This document shows, one piece after another, positions 27,623-36,456 of a DNA stretch of 64,000 bases. Position numbers and translations under genes: made by a program. This DNA is from a virus, in IMG/VR virus record IMGVR_UViG_3300030518_000006, positions 1 through 64,000 of that record; one strand, 5' to 3'. Every line of letters begins with the position of its first letter. Position 1 is the first letter of the stretch. The notes under the pieces were generated by a model, which was given only the letters and a program-made list of their open reading frames with translations, searched no databases and was not told the DNA's origin.

Positions 27623-28032
27623 CGGTAGCTCCGGTAGGCCTTGGCTAGGAGCGCCCCAGTTGCGGTGGCAGTGGCTGCGCTCGCCCTCGGGAAATACCGC
27701 TTCACATAGGCCAAGAAGATCGCATCCGGACAGCCGCTCTTACGCAGCTTCTTTTCGATCTTATTCGCCGCATTATGGGCTCGGTCATACTTCCATTTGT
27801 GGACTTTCATTAGTAGGATCTCAGTCATCTCATGGGCCAGGAGATACCGCTCCTCGATTGCACCAGCAGCCATCTTCTCTACCCATACTTCTTTACCTGG
27901 GATGAATGAGTAGACGGCCTTATGACCACCGCCAATGAAATCAGTGTGCTTCTTGCGAATCTTGTTTCCATCGACCCGATAGACGTTGCCGAGGACTGAG
28001 CGGATGCGCAGAGATTTAGAGATACCCCTCAC
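27619..28032 (-). CDS. HExxE-motif putative metallopeptidase-like protein
   Basis: VDG..IR...DF.GGGH..VY.FIP..EVWVE; LLAHEMTE; YDRAH. Confidence 0.6.
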   Translation of the reverse strand: MRGISKSLRIRSVLGNVYRVDGNKIRKKHTDFIGGGHKAVYSFIPGKEVWVEKMAAGAIEERYLLAHEMTEILLMKVHKWKYDRAHNAANKIEKKLRKSGCPDAIFLAYVKRYFPRASAATATATGALLAKAYRSYR

Positions 28033-28541
28033 AGCACCACCGCCTTGATCACCGGATTCGCATCCAGCTCCTGTTCGATCCCCGGCAGCTGGTAGAGCTC
28101 CTGGTAGGTCTCGTCGGCCCAGTTCGGATCGCTTGCCGTGAGCGCGGCGCGCTTCTCGTCGAGCTCAGCGACGACTCCGGTCTGTCCCGTTGCTGCGGCA
28201 GCACCAGGCTTGCTTACCCACGCCACGCCCGCGCTGACCAAGAACGACACGGTGTAGAGCACCATCGCTTCCTTGGCGCTCTTGCGGCGACGGTAGAGCG
28301 CGGCACCAGAAACGGCCATGCCGACCAGACCACCGACGAACAGTGCAGGCTTGATCGTGGTCCAGATCTCGTAGTACCCGAGGCCTTCCTTGATCAGGAC
28401 GGCGGCGCGCTCTCGGTTTGACACGTATGCCGGCTGGCTGCGCAGGTAGCTTCGCAGAGCGGGAGCAGCGATCGGCGCATTCCCGACAGATCCGCTACCC
28501 GAAGGGAGGAGCGTTGACAGGCTGTTGAGCAGGCTCGGCAT
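28029..28541 (-). CDS. Two-TM membrane protein
   Basis: ALFVGGLVGMAVSGAALYRRRK and AMVLYTVSFLVSAGVAWV. Confidence 0.7.
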   Translation of the reverse strand: MPSLLNSLSTLLPSGSGSVGNAPIAAPALRSYLRSQPAYVSNRERAAVLIKEGLGYYEIWTTIKPALFVGGLVGMAVSGAALYRRRKSAKEAMVLYTVSFLVSAGVAWVSKPGAAAATGQTGVVAELDEKRAALTASDPNWADETYQELYQLPGIEQELDANPVIKAVVL

Positions 28542-29121
28542 CGACAGGCTCCGCAACGGGCACTGTACTCGGCTGCGGCCCAAATACCAGTGGCGTCTCA
28601 TCGCGCGCGAAAGTAACCAGACAGCGCATATACGTATCGCTCAGGCGCTTCGCACCGCCGGGCATGGCGCGCTGGCGCTTCGGCACCCCGCCCGGCGTGG
28701 CCAGGATGCCGTAGATCACCCCAGGAACGTGCTCGCGCCACGGCTTGATCCCGAGCGGGAAGAGGGTGCGCATATTCCGCATGAAGACCGGCACGCCCAG
28801 CTCGTCATAGGTCGAGGCGCAGAAGACCCCGTCCTTCGCGAGCGCGGCCAGGAAGGGATCACCAGGTTCGTTCGGCGAGCTCAGGACCGCAGCGCATGAT
28901 CCGGACTTGGGCAACCCGACAACAACGCGTTTGTCGCGTAGGAATCGGGGCGGCAGGAGCATGTGCACGGTGCCGGTGTCGCGCCAGCGCAGGACTTCGG
29001 CCGCGAGCTTCTCGGCCTGGGAACCAAGGCAGAGGATGGTATTCTTGGTCTCGGTCTTCAGCGGCACGCACAGCATGGGCAGGAGCCCGCAGGCCTCGGC
29101 GAACCGGTAGTCGATGACCAT
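28495..29121 (-). CDS. Degenerate spermidine-synthase-like protein
   Basis: Y..AE...L.PML...TILCLG....LAAEVLRW; ALAKDGVF; PW...VP...YGILAT; lacks GGGDG. Confidence 0.5.
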   Translation of the reverse strand: MVIDYRFAEACGLLPMLCVPLKTETKNTILCLGSQAEKLAAEVLRWRDTGTVHMLLPPRFLRDKRVVVGLPKSGSCAAVLSSPNEPGDPFLAALAKDGVFCASTYDELGVPVFMRNMRTLFPLGIKPWREHVPGVIYGILATPGGVPKRQRAMPGGAKRLSDTYMRCLVTFARDETPLVFGPQPSTVPVAEPVDAEPAQQPVNAPPFG

Positions 29122-29127
29122 GGGCGG

Positions 29128-30144
29128 TCACGCGCGAGCGCGGATGTGCCGGAACAACTTCACGCCGAGCCACCCGATGAGACCGATGCCGACTGCCGCG
29201 CCGACGTACTCGAGCACCTTGGTCGTGGTCGACCCACCCGACGCCTTCTCGATGGTGTTGAGCATGGTGTTGCTCTGGGCCTGGCGCTGTTCGAACTGGG
29301 TCTCGGTGATCTTGCCAGAGCGCAGATCCTGCTCGCTCTGCTGGTCGCGCCAGGCTACCAGGTTGGTCGCGAGGGTGGCAGCCTGGACCTGGGCAGCGGC
29401 CATCTGCCTGGCGTAGATCCAGACCGCCGCCGAGACGCTGGCGACGACTGTCAGGGCCACGGTGATCACGATCGGGAAGACACCCAGGCCAACATACTGC
29501 AGGGCCCCAGGGATGGCTCCCAGGGCGCTCTGGACCTGCCCCTTGAGGCCTTGGTAGGTCGCAGTCAGGGCGGTGATCTGCTGCTGCAGCGCGGCCGGGA
29601 TCTGGGCCCCGTACTGGTTCTGGATGGCGGTGATCACCCCCATCGAGAGCTGGGTGTTGGCCGCCGCCATCTTCAGGGTATCGAGAGCGTTCTGCAGGTC
29701 GCCCCAGATGTTCTGGACCGCGTCCTCGCCGGAGTAGTAGGCAACCGAGTTCCAGAAATCCACATTGCTCTGCAGCACTGCCGCCTGCTGGGCCAGCAGG
29801 GAGTTGTTCTGGGCAATGAAGGCGTTCTCGATTGGCTGGTATTGGGTGATGACCTGCTGCCAGGCTTGCAGGTTCGCCGGCAGCTGGAGCCAGCTCGGGA
29901 GCTGGGCCGCCGAGTACCCGTTGAAGTTGCGCAGGCGGGGGAAGGCGCCCGCGGCGAAGACCTGGGCGGCGATCGAGGCCAGGTTCTGGGGCACCCAGGA
30001 GAGCTGATTCTGGATGGTCTCGAACAGGGACGTCGTCGGAGTCATGTACGGGTTGAGATCCAACCCATCCGGCGGCGTATAGGGCGCAATGGCACTCTGG
30101 GACGCGGTGTCCAAGGCCATCAACGCGACGGGATCAGTCGCCAT
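29128..30144 (-). CDS. Helical Ala/Gln-rich membrane protein (putative virion/DNA-delivery protein)
   Basis: Internal TM after VGLG, C-terminal TM plus basic tail. Confidence 0.75.
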   Translation of the reverse strand: MATDPVALMALDTASQSAIAPYTPPDGLDLNPYMTPTTSLFETIQNQLSWVPQNLASIAAQVFAAGAFPRLRNFNGYSAAQLPSWLQLPANLQAWQQVITQYQPIENAFIAQNNSLLAQQAAVLQSNVDFWNSVAYYSGEDAVQNIWGDLQNALDTLKMAAANTQLSMGVITAIQNQYGAQIPAALQQQITALTATYQGLKGQVQSALGAIPGALQYVGLGVFPIVITVALTVVASVSAAVWIYARQMAAAQVQAATLATNLVAWRDQQSEQDLRSGKITETQFEQRQAQSNTMLNTIEKASGGSTTTKVLEYVGAAVGIGLIGWLGVKLFRHIRARA

Positions 30145-30155
30145 GGCTCAGCCCT

Positions 30156-30569
30156 TTACTGCGGAATCCAGTTGGCCGTGGCGCCCGCGGTGGTGTTGTA
30201 GATCGTGAGGCCGACGAAGATGGGGTTGCGCGCTGCCAGGGAGACGTTCTGCAGCCGGCGGTACTGGGTGCCGGCGACGAAGGGCGTGCCTCCGAGGGCA
30301 GTGATCGCTGCCGCAACCGCGGTGGCAAGCCCGGACAGGCTGGTGGACTCGGTCACCAGCAGCTGGAACGGGGTGGCCAGGCTCGCCCCGCCGCTCAGGT
30401 AGCTGATCAGGGCACTGTACTCCCGCCCGTTGAGCCGTGCGAGCGATAGGACGTCGAAGTCGACGCGCTGGACGGTCGGGTTGGTGAGCGCCGCCATGGC
30501 CGCATTGAACGCGGTGACGAATGCGGTGAGACCGCTCGCCTGGGCCGTGGTGAAGGAGGGAGTAGCCAT
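30156..30569 (-). CDS. Putative structural protein
   Basis: GGAGA RBS; Ala/Thr-rich. Confidence 0.7.
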   Translation of the reverse strand: MATPSFTTAQASGLTAFVTAFNAAMAALTNPTVQRVDFDVLSLARLNGREYSALISYLSGGASLATPFQLLVTESTSLSGLATAVAAAITALGGTPFVAGTQYRRLQNVSLAARNPIFVGLTIYNTTAGATANWIPQ

Positions 30570-30599
30570 GGAATCTCCAGGTACGGGACCGGATCAGCA

Positions 30600-30629
30600 T
30601 GCCGCTGGCGCGTCAGAACGCCAGCGGCA
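30600..30629 (-). terminator. GC-rich hairpin (terminator or mRNA-stabilising)
   Basis: TGCCGCTGGCG-8 nt-CGCCAGCGGCA perfect 11-bp stem, no U-tract. Confidence 0.35.
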
Positions 30630-30638
30630 AGTGGACGC

Positions 30639-30992
30639 TCACTTGGCGGTGACAGCGGTCGGTGCGGCGGGTGCCGTGGCGATCGTGGTCGTGGCCACCG
30701 CGGTCTGGTTGGTGTGGAGGGTAGCAGCCTGTGCAGCCTGCGCCTTGGTGGCGACGCCCCACTTGTAGGTGTGGCAGACCATCCAGACCGAGAAGACGAA
30801 CGCGAAGGTGCGCAGGTCGGTCGGCTGGAGGAACTGCTTCACCGGGTTCCAGACCAGGAGGGCGAGGAACGCGATCAGGGCGAGGAACGCCAGATCCGTC
30901 CAGTTGGGGGTCTTGATGACGGTCGTGATGTCGGTCTCGACCTTGGTGAACAGGGCCTTGGCCCCGGCTTCGACGGCAGTGATAAAGCTCAT
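30639..30992 (-). CDS. Two-TM holin-like protein
   Basis: GGAGG RBS before MSFITAV; two TM helices. Confidence 0.65.
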   Translation of the reverse strand: MSFITAVEAGAKALFTKVETDITTVIKTPNWTDLAFLALIAFLALLVWNPVKQFLQPTDLRTFAFVFSVWMVCHTYKWGVATKAQAAQAATLHTNQTAVATTTIATAPAAPTAVTAK

Positions 30993-31005
30993 GGAGCCTC
31001 CGTGG

Positions 31006-31608
31006 TTATTCATGCGTTGAGAAAGATAGGCCAAACAGAGCACCAGGATGGCCGCCCCGATAAGGGGCAACGTACCAACACCCGAGTCCGATGTGGGCCC
31101 AGGCATTTCCGGCGTATTCGGCAGGTGGGTAGCAGGAGATGCCGGCGCCAGCGGCTTGGGTGCCGGCGACGGCGTCGAGGGCGACGGCACCGTAAAGAAG
31201 TCGGCAAAACCCGTATCGAACACCGGACTCGAACCGACGGGTGTCGGCAGTGGAGTAGCCAGCGAAGGTTCCGATATCGAGGCTGGAATCCCAGAGGTAG
31301 ACGTCGCGTTCGTAGCTGGTGTGGTAGCTGCGCTTGGGGTCTGGTCCGTCGGCTCCGTCCGCTCCGGCTGGCTCGACGGACACCCGGTCATGACGAACAT
31401 GGAACACAGCAACATCACGGTCAGCATCATCGAGCACACGAAACGTTCCGTCCGCGGCATCCGGTGGCCGGATCCCGTGGTAGACGGTGGAGGTGTGATC
31501 GGGTTTGACGTCGCCGTGGACAGTGGGGGTGGGAGCATGTGCGTACCAGAGTGTGACGAGAATCGCGCCAATCGCAAGCGTTGCGCAGGCGGGTTCGGCG
31601 ATGCTCAT
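31006..31608 (-). CDS. N-terminally anchored protein with beta-rich C-terminus; overlaps a lipoprotein-like frame
   Basis: ATGA-coupled; TM LAIGAILVTLWYA; alternating aromatic/Gly strands. Confidence 0.6.
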   Translation of the reverse strand: MSIAEPACATLAIGAILVTLWYAHAPTPTVHGDVKPDHTSTVYHGIRPPDAADGTFRVLDDADRDVAVFHVRHDRVSVEPAGADGADGPDPKRSYHTSYERDVYLWDSSLDIGTFAGYSTADTRRFESGVRYGFCRLLYGAVALDAVAGTQAAGAGISCYPPAEYAGNAWAHIGLGCWYVAPYRGGHPGALFGLSFSTHE

Positions 31609-32258
31609 GGGGTATGGATGGGAGGAGCTGCGGCAGGGGGTGCGGCAACAGGGACGGCGATCTGCTGGGCGGCGATCTTGGCTTCAGCCTGGAAGAAGGC
31701 ATTGATGGCCATGCCCCCCGCAGTGCCGAGGGCAGCCAGGATACCGCCGACGAGGATGGAGACGACGCGCTTCTGGATGAGTTGCCAGAGCCAGGACGAG
31801 CCGTCGCCACCCTTGGCATCTGCCTTGGCAGAGCCTTTGGCATCCTTGCGCAGGGCAGTCAATCGCTCTTCGTATTCAGCTTCCAGCTGCCGCCGCAGGG
31901 TCTCGCTGGTCCGCTCGACCAAGGCATCCCGTTCCTGCTCATTCAAGGCCCGGTGGAGGCCACTGATGCGGTCGCTGTGCTCATCGGTGCGCTTCTCGAC
32001 CCGGGTGAGGGTTGAGGTGATGACCGCCATGTCCCGCCCCCCTTCGTCGAGGCGCTGGGCGATGCTTTGGAGCGAGGCGTTGATATCGCCGAAGGACTTC
32101 TGCGCCGTTTCCATGAAGGCGTCGAGTTTGCCGGAGACGGCACCACTGAGCCATTCACCTGAGCGCTGCACATCACTGCGTTCCGGAATACCGGGCATGA
32201 CACGAGATCCTTCAGGAGTTGACGGGAGTTTCGGCGGGGGGTGGGGCGGCCTGCCCAA
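31605..32258 (-). CDS. Coiled-coil protein with C-terminal TM (holin/spanin-like)
   Basis: Heptad region then VVSILVGGILAALGTAGG; start uncertain (possibly 32198). Confidence 0.65.
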   Translation of the reverse strand: MGRPPHPPPKLPSTPEGSRVMPGIPERSDVQRSGEWLSGAVSGKLDAFMETAQKSFGDINASLQSIAQRLDEGGRDMAVITSTLTRVEKRTDEHSDRISGLHRALNEQERDALVERTSETLRRQLEAEYEERLTALRKDAKGSAKADAKGGDGSSWLWQLIQKRVVSILVGGILAALGTAGGMAINAFFQAEAKIAAQQIAVPVAAPPAAAPPIHTP

Positions 32259-32613
32259 CAGGCAGCTCGATCGTGATTGATTTCGGTTCGACCTTGACCT
32301 GCTGCGTGGCCGTCACGAGGCGGCGTGCACGCTCTTCGGCAGCGAGCCGATCGAACTCATTCGCCGCGTCGCGCAGCTGCCCTGCGATCATGGCGAGGGG
32401 CACACCACGATAAGTGTACCAGAAGCCCGCATCGATCCCAAAGCCCCCTGCGCGGTCAACGCCTATGGACGAGGATACGATCACCGCCGAATGGTACCGG
32501 CGGGTGAGCTCCTTGTGGATGTCTTGGATCGGGACCTGCGTCAGGTCGGCAGGGACGAGCTGGGCGAGTGTCGGGCTGAGTGGGATGGCAGGGGCTTCGG
32601 CGGTGTCGGGCAT
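32212..32613 (-). CDS. Hypothetical protein
   Basis: Operon continuity, GC3-rich. Confidence 0.65.
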   Translation of the reverse strand: MPDTAEAPAIPLSPTLAQLVPADLTQVPIQDIHKELTRRYHSAVIVSSSIGVDRAGGFGIDAGFWYTYRGVPLAMIAGQLRDAANEFDRLAAEERARRLVTATQQVKVEPKSITIELPVGQAAPPPAETPVNS

Positions 32614-32614
32614 G

Positions 32615-33895
32615 TTAGGGTACCTGCAGGGCGGCTTGGATGGTCAGGGCCGCGTTGGTGTTGTTGAAGATGGCTGTAGTGGTCGACGACAGGTGGAGTA
32701 GCCCCACGTCCTGATTTGCCGAACCTACGCCGCCGATGGAAGCGGCTTGATATTGCGACGGGAAGTTCATGACGATGGTCACCAACGACACCGTGGGCGT
32801 ATTTGCGGCGGTGCTTGTCTCCAGGCCCCACGCAAAGTCGAGAGCGGTCTGAGCGGGGAGTGAAGCGACGGTGACACCGGCCAGGGCAGTCGTGATGGTC
32901 GACAGGCTGGTGCCGTTGGTCGCTATAGCGGAGAGCGTCGTAGTGGTCCATGCCGAGCCGTTCCGGTACTTCCACGTCGTACGCCCATCGAATGAGACCA
33001 GGCCGACCAGGGTCGTGCCAGATGGTGTGGTACTTGTAAAGGTGACCGAGGTAATGCTGGCCGGGCTGAAAGCCGCCAAGGAGAAGCTCGACCCAGTGGA
33101 GGTCGTGGCGTAGTACATTGTCCCGGTCGGGTAGGTATAGGTACCAGGCCCCAGGATCTGCACTTGATTCAGCTCTACGTGATACGCACTCCCTCCTACC
33201 GAATTGGTGAAGGCTATCTGGTAGTATCGATAGGGGGTCGAGTTAGAAAACGTGTAGCCGGATGCTGAGGCATTTGTTGGGTTCTGTCCAGTGCGAGAGT
33301 CGAGCGTCGTCCACGGCCCAGTCAGGCCGATGTTCGAGCCGCTCACCGTCCAGGCTGATGGAGCGTTATTAGCTTGCTGGTAAGCGCCCACGAGGTAACC
33401 CGTGGCCACTATTGCTGAGCCAATATCTATGGCCGCAGTACCGGTGTTATATGTCGCAAATTCCATTTGTGAGGTGGTATAGAGGTTGGTCGTGCACCAG
33501 GTCTGGTATGCATTGAATCCCGACTGGATGAATGTTCCAGCCGCCGCGTAGGGGCTCGGTGCGGAGTTGGACGTCATGGACACTGTGGGGTAATAAGTGC
33601 CGGCGCTGAGCGTAGCGAATAGGCTGAGCGCATTCAGATTCGGGGTGACGTTGATCTGCGTCCCCGAAGCAGAATTCTGCTGCACATAATTGCTGGCGCT
33701 GGAGAAGTTATCACTCGTGCTGGTATAGGTCGACGCGGTGACCTGCTTGCTCACTGCCAGGGCGTATTCGTTATTTGTGATCGCGGGATGCGTGACTACT
33801 ACCGAATCGCCAACGGTTCCATAAGCGGACAGTGTGACCGGATTGGTGCTGGTCTGAGTGATCGAGAGTGTTTGTGCAATGGGATTGAAGCTCAT
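32615..33895 (-). CDS. Spike/receptor-binding protein with discoidin (F5/8 type C)-like domain, paralog 3
   Basis: MTSNSAPSPY; APSAWTVSGSN...WTTLDSRTGQ...YTFSNSTPYRYY; LVSFDGRTTW. Confidence 0.8.
   Translation of the reverse strand: MSFNPIAQTLSITQTSTNPVTLSAYGTVGDSVVVTHPAITNNEYALAVSKQVTASTYTSTSDNFSSASNYVQQNSASGTQINVTPNLNALSLFATLSAGTYYPTVSMTSNSAPSPYAAAGTFIQSGFNAYQTWCTTNLYTTSQMEFATYNTGTAAIDIGSAIVATGYLVGAYQQANNAPSAWTVSGSNIGLTGPWTTLDSRTGQNPTNASASGYTFSNSTPYRYYQIAFTNSVGGSAYHVELNQVQILGPGTYTYPTGTMYYATTSTGSSFSLAAFSPASITSVTFTSTTPSGTTLVGLVSFDGRTTWKYRNGSAWTTTTLSAIATNGTSLSTITTALAGVTVASLPAQTALDFAWGLETSTAANTPTVSLVTIVMNFPSQYQAASIGGVGSANQDVGLLHLSSTTTAIFNNTNAALTIQAALQVP
32815..33694. repeat. 880-bp direct repeat copy A (pairs with 34097-34976)
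   Basis: No mismatch found by eye; offset 1282; translations identical. Confidence 0.9.
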
Positions 33896-33896
33896 A

Positions 33897-35177
33897 TCAA
33901 GGCACCTGGAGGGCGGCTTGAATCTGGAGCGCCGCCGGGGTATTGTTGACGAGGACCGTGGTGGTGCTGCTCGCTCGCAACATGCCGATATCCTGGGTCG
34001 CCACTCCCAGTTTGCCCACTGAGGCAGACTGGTACGCGGCAGGAAGTGCGATCACGATGGTGACCAGGAATACCGCTGGTGTAGCTGACGCACTGGTTGT
34101 CTCCAGGCCCCACGCAAAGTCGAGAGCGGTCTGAGCGGGGAGTGAAGCGACGGTGACACCGGCCAGGGCAGTCGTGATGGTCGACAGGCTGGTGCCGTTG
34201 GTCGCTATAGCGGAGAGCGTCGTAGTGGTCCATGCCGAGCCGTTCCGGTACTTCCACGTCGTACGCCCATCGAATGAGACCAGGCCGACCAGGGTCGTGC
34301 CAGATGGTGTGGTACTTGTAAAGGTGACCGAGGTAATGCTGGCCGGGCTGAAAGCCGCCAAGGAGAAGCTCGACCCAGTGGAGGTCGTGGCGTAGTACAT
34401 TGTCCCGGTCGGGTAGGTATAGGTACCAGGCCCCAGGATCTGCACTTGATTCAGCTCTACGTGATACGCACTCCCTCCTACCGAATTGGTGAAGGCTATC
34501 TGGTAGTATCGATAGGGGGTCGAGTTAGAAAACGTGTAGCCGGATGCTGAGGCATTTGTTGGGTTCTGTCCAGTGCGAGAGTCGAGCGTCGTCCACGGCC
34601 CAGTCAGGCCGATGTTCGAGCCGCTCACCGTCCAGGCTGATGGAGCGTTATTAGCTTGCTGGTAAGCGCCCACGAGGTAACCCGTGGCCACTATTGCTGA
34701 GCCAATATCTATGGCCGCAGTACCGGTGTTATATGTCGCAAATTCCATTTGTGAGGTGGTATAGAGGTTGGTCGTGCACCAGGTCTGGTATGCATTGAAT
34801 CCCGACTGGATGAATGTTCCAGCCGCCGCGTAGGGGCTCGGTGCGGAGTTGGACGTCATGGACACTGTGGGGTAATAAGTGCCGGCGCTGAGCGTAGCGA
34901 ATAGGCTGAGCGCATTCAGATTCGGGGTGACGTTGATCTGCGTCCCCGAAGCAGAATTCTGCTGCACATAATTGCTCGCGCTCGAGAAATTGATGCCAGT
35001 ATTGGTATACGACTGCCCTGAGACGTACTTCGATACCGTCAGCGCCAGTTCGTTGTTGGTCACGGCTGGATGAGTGATCGTGACTGAGCTTCCATTGCCG
35101 CCGCCGCCCGCGAGGGTAATCGGATTCGTGCTCGTCTGGGTGACCGACAGTGTTTGCGCAAGGGGGGAGTAGGACAT
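33897..35177 (-). CDS. Spike/receptor-binding protein, paralog 2
   Basis: Core identical to 32615-33895, termini diverged. Confidence 0.8.
   Translation of the reverse strand: MSYSPLAQTLSVTQTSTNPITLAGGGGNGSSVTITHPAVTNNELALTVSKYVSGQSYTNTGINFSSASNYVQQNSASGTQINVTPNLNALSLFATLSAGTYYPTVSMTSNSAPSPYAAAGTFIQSGFNAYQTWCTTNLYTTSQMEFATYNTGTAAIDIGSAIVATGYLVGAYQQANNAPSAWTVSGSNIGLTGPWTTLDSRTGQNPTNASASGYTFSNSTPYRYYQIAFTNSVGGSAYHVELNQVQILGPGTYTYPTGTMYYATTSTGSSFSLAAFSPASITSVTFTSTTPSGTTLVGLVSFDGRTTWKYRNGSAWTTTTLSAIATNGTSLSTITTALAGVTVASLPAQTALDFAWGLETTSASATPAVFLVTIVIALPAAYQSASVGKLGVATQDIGMLRASSTTTVLVNNTPAALQIQAALQVP
34097..34976. repeat. 880-bp direct repeat copy B
   Basis: See copy A. Confidence 0.9.
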
Positions 35178-35178
35178 C

Positions 35179-36456
35179 TTAGACCACCTGCAGAGCAGCT
35201 TGGATGGTCAGGGCGGCATTCGTATTATTGAAAAGCGCTGTCGTCGTGGCCGTGAGCCGCACCATGCCAATATCCTGGGTGCTCCCCAAACCACCGGTGA
35301 GCGCCGCTTGATACCCGGAAGGGATGCTGATGACAACAGTCACCAGCGAGACCGACGGGGTGTTCGCGGCTGTTGTTGTCTCCAAGCCCCACGCAAAGTC
35401 TAAGCCCGTCTGCGCCGGCAAGGAGTTGATGGTCGCTCCTGCGAGTGCTGAGCTGATGGTTGCCAGGCTGGTCCCCTGAGCAGCTATAGCGGAAAGCGTT
35501 GTGGTGGTCCATGCCGAGCCATTCCAGTATTTCCAGGTCGTCTGATTATCGAATGAGACCAGACCGACCAAGGTCGTGCCGGATGGGGTGGCGCTAGTGA
35601 ACGTAACAGAGGTGATGGTTCCGCCCGCATACCCGGCAAGGCCCACGTTCGACCCGGCTGAGGTCGTCGCATAATACATGGTGCCCGTCGGATAGGTCCA
35701 TGAGCCGGGGCCCAGGATCTGCACCTGATTCAGTGCTGCGACGTATGCTGAGCCGCCCACCGTATTAGTAAAAGCGAATTGATAGTAACGATAAGCAGTG
35801 GTGTTGGAGAAGGTATATGTGGACGCCGATGAACTTGTGGGATTTTGAGCGGTGCGGGTATCGAGAGTTGTCCAAGGCCCAGAAAGGCTCGTGTTAGAGC
35901 CACTAAGCGTCCAGGCAGCCGGGGCATTATTTCCCTGCTGGTAGGCGCCGACGAGATATCCAGTGGACAGGAATGCCACTCCCATATCGATGGCAACTGT
36001 TCCCGTATTATAAGTAGAAAATTCGCACTGCGATGAGGTATAGAGGTTCGTCGTCTGCCACGCGGAGTAGGGTAGAAAAGCGTTGTTAAGATTCGTGCCG
36101 GCTGCCACATAGGGTACCGGGGCTGTGTTTGTGGTCATCGATACGGTGGGGTAGTATGTGGTCCCTCCCGAGGTCGCAAACAGGGTTAGCGCGTTTAGAC
36201 TCGGGAGGGCGTTGATCTGCGTCCCCGAAGCAGAATTCTGCTGTACATAGTTGCTGGCACTTGAAAAATTATCTCCCGTATTCGTATAGGTTGCTCCGGA
36301 CACGCTCTCATAGACAGCCAGCAGGTACTCGTTATTCGCAATGCTCGGATGAGTGATGACCACCGAATCCCCAATAGTCCCCTGCGCCGCCAACGTGACC
36401 GGGTTGGTCGACGTCTGGGTGATCGACAGGGTCTGGGTGGTCGGATTATAGCTCAC
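35179..36456 (-). CDS. Spike/receptor-binding protein, paralog 1
   Basis: GTG start VSYNP overlapping upstream TGA; colinear diverged paralog. Confidence 0.8.
   Translation of the reverse strand: MSYNPTTQTLSITQTSTNPVTLAAQGTIGDSVVITHPSIANNEYLLAVYESVSGATYTNTGDNFSSASNYVQQNSASGTQINALPSLNALTLFATSGGTTYYPTVSMTTNTAPVPYVAAGTNLNNAFLPYSAWQTTNLYTSSQCEFSTYNTGTVAIDMGVAFLSTGYLVGAYQQGNNAPAAWTLSGSNTSLSGPWTTLDTRTAQNPTSSSASTYTFSNTTAYRYYQFAFTNTVGGSAYVAALNQVQILGPGSWTYPTGTMYYATTSAGSNVGLAGYAGGTITSVTFTSATPSGTTLVGLVSFDNQTTWKYWNGSAWTTTTLSAIAAQGTSLATISSALAGATINSLPAQTGLDFAWGLETTTAANTPSVSLVTVVISIPSGYQAALTGGLGSTQDIGMVRLTATTTALFNNTNAALTIQAALQVV

Noticed and set aside
32615-36456. Diversity-generating retroelement (TR/VR pair) in the repeated spike genes
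   Set aside because: No reverse transcriptase in the window; the repeat pair shows no adenine-specific mismatches and both copies are coding
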